From Candidatus Krumholzibacteriota bacterium (GTDB lineage: Bacteria; Krumholzibacteriota; Krumholzibacteriia; Krumholzibacteriales; Krumholzibacteriaceae): a stretch of DNA of 64,000 bases. Position 1 is the stretch's first letter, and each line of letters opens with the position of its first letter. The DNA is taken from positions 2,208 through 66,207 of the forward strand of contig JAUWCL010000001.1 in the NCBI GenBank assembly GCA_030609325.1, read 5' to 3'. The notes under the pieces were generated by a model. That model did no database searches. It saw only the letters and a list, made by a program, of their open reading frames with translations, and was not told the origin of the DNA. Made by a program: the position numbers and the translations under genes. Below, piece after piece: positions 60,205 to 64,000 of the stretch.

Positions 60205-61110
60205 TCATCCGGGTGGTTTCGTCTTCCATCGCCGGTGAGCCCAGAAATAATGATCGGGGTTGTCCCTGATCACATTCTCCAGTTCCTTCATCAGCGCGGC
60301 AGTCAGACGGAATATCTCTCCCTTACTCTCCGCGCCGGTATCAGCCCGCATGGCCGGTTTAAACCACGCATCATGGGTCTCGTCCTCCCGCCTCACGATG
60401 CTGGCGAATATCATCGGGCATCCGATCTTCCAGACGAACTGCGCCGCCCCGGGATGACTCGAAGAGGGAATGCCGAAGAAATCGACGAATATCCCCGACT
60501 TCCTCGCGTCCTGATCGGACAGGATCGCCACCGCCCTGCTCTTCTTCAGCGAACGGAACACCCCCCTGACGGCGATCCCCTTCGCGATGAGCCCGATGCC
60601 CACAGACCTCCTCAGGTCGTTCATGTAATCGTCCACGAGACTGTTTGTCTGCTCGCCAACGATGAAATCGACAGGAATACCATGTGCGGCACCGGACGCG
60701 CCGAGCAGCTCCCAGCTCCCGAAGTGGCCCGTTACCAAGATCAATCCCTTTCCTTCGGCCAGGGCCGCATCGACGTGCTCCATGCCGTGGATTCTCACCA
60801 GCTCCCGCAGCCTGTCGGTGCTCAGGCGCCGCATGGAAGCGAACTCGACCATCGACTTGGCGAAATTAACGTAGGAACGTCTTCCGATCCGAACCCTGTC
60901 CGCCTTCCCGATAGTATCGCCGAACGCTCTCTCGAGATTGTCGAGGGTCACGCGGCGCCTGACCCTGACGGCGTCGAAGGCGAACGCCCCGACGAGTCCG
61001 CCTGCCTTGATCGACCATCTGTATGGAAGAACCATCGGCAGCCAGCTGAGCAGCTTTACCCCGAAGAGCTCAAGCCTGTGTCTGAATCTTTTCCATCCCG
61101 TTGCGGGCAT
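60205..61110 (-). CDS. lpxL: Lipid A biosynthesis (Kdo2-lipid IVA) acyltransferase, LpxL/HtrB family
   Basis: 301 aa with an N-terminal TM helix and the LPLAT HX4D-type motif region (LVTGHFGSWE). Confidence 0.7.
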   Translation of the reverse strand: MPATGWKRFRHRLELFGVKLLSWLPMVLPYRWSIKAGGLVGAFAFDAVRVRRRVTLDNLERAFGDTIGKADRVRIGRRSYVNFAKSMVEFASMRRLSTDRLRELVRIHGMEHVDAALAEGKGLILVTGHFGSWELLGASGAAHGIPVDFIVGEQTNSLVDDYMNDLRRSVGIGLIAKGIAVRGVFRSLKKSRAVAILSDQDARKSGIFVDFFGIPSSSHPGAAQFVWKIGCPMIFASIVRREDETHDAWFKPAMRADTGAESKGEIFRLTAALMKELENVIRDNPDHYFWAHRRWKTKPPG

Positions 61111-61132
61111 AATTCCTCCCTCGATCGGGCGT

Positions 61133-62263
61133 CTAGGCCCACTTCCTCGCCAGCCAGCTCAGCTTTATCTCTATTGCGTTCTCCGGACACAACTCGTGGC
61201 AGCACATGCACTGGACGCATCCGGCGTGCACCACCCGGAACCTGTCCCCCGCCGGTACGATCGTCTTGACCGGACAGCTACTGTAACACATCTCGCAGCC
61301 GGTACATTTATCCTCGTCGATGACCAGTCTCAGCCAGACTAACGGGGCGACCATTTTCGCTAGAGGTCCGGGTATGAGCCGCATACCGAAATTGGAGGGC
61401 AGATCGAAATCCTCGATGACGGTGCCGGCCGCATCGCCATCAACGTCTATCATCTCCAGGGCGCTGACGCCGAGCCCCCGTTCGCCGGCAAGCCTCGTCG
61501 TATCGATCCTGCCCGGCCGGAATCCGATCACTTCAGAGATGACGGCATCCAGGGCCACGGCATCGTCCGAGACCACAATCAGCCCCGTCTCCTTCGGTTT
61601 ACCCGAGCTGGGCCCGTTCCCTTCCATCGAGAGAATCGCGTCCATTATATTCAATGCCGGGCGGACGTGACTGTAGAGCTCAACAAGCATCGAGGCGAAT
61701 TCGGAAGGCTTCGGGAATATCTTGTGCATCTCGGCCTTCCTGAATCCAGGCACCACGCCAAACATGTTCTTGACCGCGCCGGTGAAAAGCGTCAGCGAGT
61801 GGGTCTTCAGTTTCGGAAGGTTGATCACCACGTCCGCCTCGCGTACGGGCTTCGCGACATACAGCCTGAACCTGCCCGCGTCGATCTCTTCCGAGCCGGA
61901 AGCCTCGAAGTTGACCAGCTTCAGACCGGCCCTTTCGGCCATCTCGCTCATCAGGGTGTTTTTCCATACGCGCTGGATCCCGCGTATCGCTCCGCCGGGG
62001 CTGTCCCCGACGAACGGGTCGCCTCCGGCCTCGCGTACCAGTGCCGCTACCGTCTCCACGACGTGAGGATGCGTCGTTATCGCCCGGGAAGGGTCTTTCG
62101 CGGATAGGAGATTCGGCTTGAGAAGTACCCGGTCGCCGGCAGAGACGAATGCGGCCATGCCTCCGAACGGAGCAAGAGCTTCCGAGATGACACGGCTAAG
62201 CTCTTCGGTGTCGTACGTTGCGCACCTGTTGAGGGAGACGATAGATCTTCCCGCGCGTTCCAT
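61133..62263 (-). CDS. DUF362 domain protein with a C-terminal 2x[4Fe-4S] ferredoxin domain
   Basis: CTGCEMCYSSCP and CVQCMCCHELCP cluster motifs. The start is probably MERAGRSIV. Confidence 0.65.
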   Translation of the reverse strand: MERAGRSIVSLNRCATYDTEELSRVISEALAPFGGMAAFVSAGDRVLLKPNLLSAKDPSRAITTHPHVVETVAALVREAGGDPFVGDSPGGAIRGIQRVWKNTLMSEMAERAGLKLVNFEASGSEEIDAGRFRLYVAKPVREADVVINLPKLKTHSLTLFTGAVKNMFGVVPGFRKAEMHKIFPKPSEFASMLVELYSHVRPALNIMDAILSMEGNGPSSGKPKETGLIVVSDDAVALDAVISEVIGFRPGRIDTTRLAGERGLGVSALEMIDVDGDAAGTVIEDFDLPSNFGMRLIPGPLAKMVAPLVWLRLVIDEDKCTGCEMCYSSCPVKTIVPAGDRFRVVHAGCVQCMCCHELCPENAIEIKLSWLARKWA

Positions 62264-62286
62264 CCGATCAGAATTCCTGGAAATGC

Positions 62287-63444
62287 TCAGAAATTGCCTG
62301 CCTCGTGATTTCTCCAAGAGCCGGCGAGCGCATAAGTGCCCCCACCGCATGATTCGATTATTCCCCGCATCTCCAGGTCGAGGAGAAGCGGCAGGATCAC
62401 GGTCGAAGAAATATGGCAGATTTGCGCAAGCTCATCAATATGTTTCGGGTCGAGATCCAGTGCCATGACGACCTTCTTCTCGTCACCATCGAGAGATCCC
62501 TTGCCCGGATCGAGCCCGGCGAAGTGATGGAATTCCCGGGCGTCTTCCACTACGCGCCCGCACGGCGGCAGGGCGGCAAGGATATCATCGACGTCCTCGA
62601 CGAGGCACGCCCCCTCCTTGATGAGGCGATGCGGCCCGCGGCAGGTCTCCTGCTCGACCGGGCCCGGAACGGCAAAGACCTCCCTCCCCTGGTCGGCGGC
62701 CCACCTGGCGGTGATCATCGCCCCGCCGGCGAGCTTAGCCTCGACCACAACGACTCCCAGTGACAGTCCGCTGAGGATCCTGTTGCGCATCGGAAAGTGA
62801 TGCTTCATCGGCGGCGTCCCCGGCGGAAACTCGGAAAGAACGCAGCCGTGCCTGGCGATCTCCATCGCGAGCGGCGCGTTCTCCGGAGGATACGCTATAT
62901 CGATCCCGCATCCGAGGACTGCGCACGTGTATCCTCCCCCTGCCAGCGCACCGTCGTGGGATACCGTATCGATACCCCTTGCCATCCCGCTGACCACGAG
63001 GATTCCGCGCCTGGAGAGTTCCCATGCCAGCTCTCTCGCGACAACCAGTCCGCGCCTGCTGGAACGTCGCGAGCCGACGATGCATATCGCCGGCCCGGAA
63101 GCAGCTTCGATATTGCCCCTGTAAAAGAGAACCGGCGGGGCATCCGGCGTCTCGGCGAGCATATCGGGATAACCCGGATCGGAGATGCAGAGCACCCCGT
63201 GATCCGGATCCGACAGGAAGGTGTCGATCTGTCTCATCAGGGCGTAATCAGGTTCACCGACGTCCTTGCGGATGAGGCGGGACAGCTCCCTGCGGCCCGA
63301 CCTGCTCGAGATCATCGAGGCAACGCGGACGGTCCCCAGCCTTGCGCACAGCGACAGCCATGTCGTGATCCTTGTTCCCCTGACAGACAGGATTTCGAGC
63401 CAGTGGCGGGCTTCGTCAGAACACTTCATCATCCACCTCCACAT
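62287..63444 (-). CDS. dprA: DNA-processing protein DprA (Smf)
   Basis: Rossmann-like GMARGIDTVSH motif, plus a C-terminal winged-helix region. Confidence 0.8.
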   Translation of the reverse strand: MWRWMMKCSDEARHWLEILSVRGTRITTWLSLCARLGTVRVASMISSRSGRRELSRLIRKDVGEPDYALMRQIDTFLSDPDHGVLCISDPGYPDMLAETPDAPPVLFYRGNIEAASGPAICIVGSRRSSRRGLVVARELAWELSRRGILVVSGMARGIDTVSHDGALAGGGYTCAVLGCGIDIAYPPENAPLAMEIARHGCVLSEFPPGTPPMKHHFPMRNRILSGLSLGVVVVEAKLAGGAMITARWAADQGREVFAVPGPVEQETCRGPHRLIKEGACLVEDVDDILAALPPCGRVVEDAREFHHFAGLDPGKGSLDGDEKKVVMALDLDPKHIDELAQICHISSTVILPLLLDLEMRGIIESCGGGTYALAGSWRNHEAGNF

Positions 63445-63593
63445 CAGACACCTTATGTCCTGATCGCATCTATATCTTGCTATACGGATCTGCTCCCGAA
63501 TTGTGCAGCGATTTTTCTGCCTGCGGCTTCCTGATTCTCGCAGGAATAGACGTCGGAGTACCGGAGATCAGGTCTATGAACATGTTTCCCATG

Positions 63594-63989
63594 TCACCGT
63601 CCCTTCTTCCTCGACTTCTCGATCAGCTCGATAATCGACGCGGCTTCCTCCCCGGAGAGCTTCCCATCCGATTCCTTCAGGATCGACATGACCGCACTCG
63701 CCTCGGCCCCCTTGTAGAAGGTGTCGAGAACGTTGTACAGCGCAGTCTTTCTCGCTTTTGTCGGCGATATGGTCGGATAGTAGATGTACCGTCCCTTTTC
63801 CCTCTCGTGTCGCAGGAAACCCTTTTCCTCCAGGACGCCGAGCATCGTACGCACCGTGGCGTTGACCGGCTCGTCCGGAAGGGCCTCCATGACTTCCACC
63901 GCACTGACCTTCCCGAGACGGTAGACGATCTGCATGATCTGCCTTTCCCGCCTCGTAAGATCTCCCAGTTGTGGTGATTTGCTCAACAT
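63594..63989 (-). CDS. BlaI/MecI/CopY-family transcriptional repressor
   Basis: Winged-helix N-domain (LTRRERQIMQIVYRLGKVSAVEVMEAL...TVRTMLGVLEEKGFL), plus a C-terminal dimerisation helix. Confidence 0.75.
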   Translation of the reverse strand: MLSKSPQLGDLTRRERQIMQIVYRLGKVSAVEVMEALPDEPVNATVRTMLGVLEEKGFLRHEREKGRYIYYPTISPTKARKTALYNVLDTFYKGAEASAVMSILKESDGKLSGEEAASIIELIEKSRKKGR

Positions 63990-64000
63990 GCTAAATCTCT

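Noticed and set aside
63477-63977. 166-aa plus-strand ORF overlapping the BlaI-family repressor gene
   Set aside because: It is antisense to a clearly recognisable winged-helix repressor, and its translation has no domain resemblance.

Overview
High-GC (about 60-63%) bacterial chromosomal segment, almost entirely protein-coding, with most genes on the minus strand. Gene calls rest on motif-level recognition of the supplied translations; no database search was possible. I found no rRNA, tRNA, CRISPR array, transposase or integrase.

Gene content is diderm (LPS-containing) housekeeping and cell-envelope biogenesis:
(i) nadB plus a complete lipid A / outer-membrane cluster: lpxK, a DUF374-like acyltransferase-type protein, lpxB, a Gfo/Idh/MocA (GnnA-like) oxidoreductase, lpxA, a fused lpxC-fabZ, lpxD, skp and bamA.
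(ii) A contiguous co-directional minus-strand block from 13.6 to 28 kb: clpC, mcsB, mcsA, lolD, lolE, lysS, prfB, coaE, polA, nadD, bamD-like and a TPR lipoprotein gene.
(iii) rimO, ftsK, a thiE-like gene, a comB-like gene, then accC-pilT-accB-efp.
(iv) An envelope-stress-like module: a TPR protein, ECF sigma factor, zinc-finger anti-sigma, and lipoproteins.
(v) A FadL-like outer-membrane protein, an orphan BtuF-like substrate-binding protein and a Cys-rich protein.
(vi) The canonical rnc-fabF-acpP-fabG-fabD-fabH-plsX-rpmF-yceD fatty-acid cluster.
(vii) ndk-sucD-sucC, a cPGS-like P-loop protein, a split hldE (kinase plus adenylyltransferase), DUF3467, an lpxL-like acyltransferase, a DUF362/ferredoxin protein, dprA and a BlaI-family repressor.

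The most notable directly observed items:
- A textbook RF2 programmed +1 frameshift cassette in prfB.
- A Firmicutes-style McsA/McsB/ClpC arginine-kinase module sitting in a diderm LPS context downstream of lolDE, with no CtsR.
- A GnnA-like oxidoreductase inside the lpx cluster, with no lpxH or lpxI in the cluster.
- pilT inserted between accB and accC.
- A rho-independent terminator whose hairpin and T-tract are simultaneously the last codons of the convergent gene.

I did not find a convincing novel defence or mobile system. The region looks like core genome. The many long antisense ORFs in the supplied track are high-GC artefacts.
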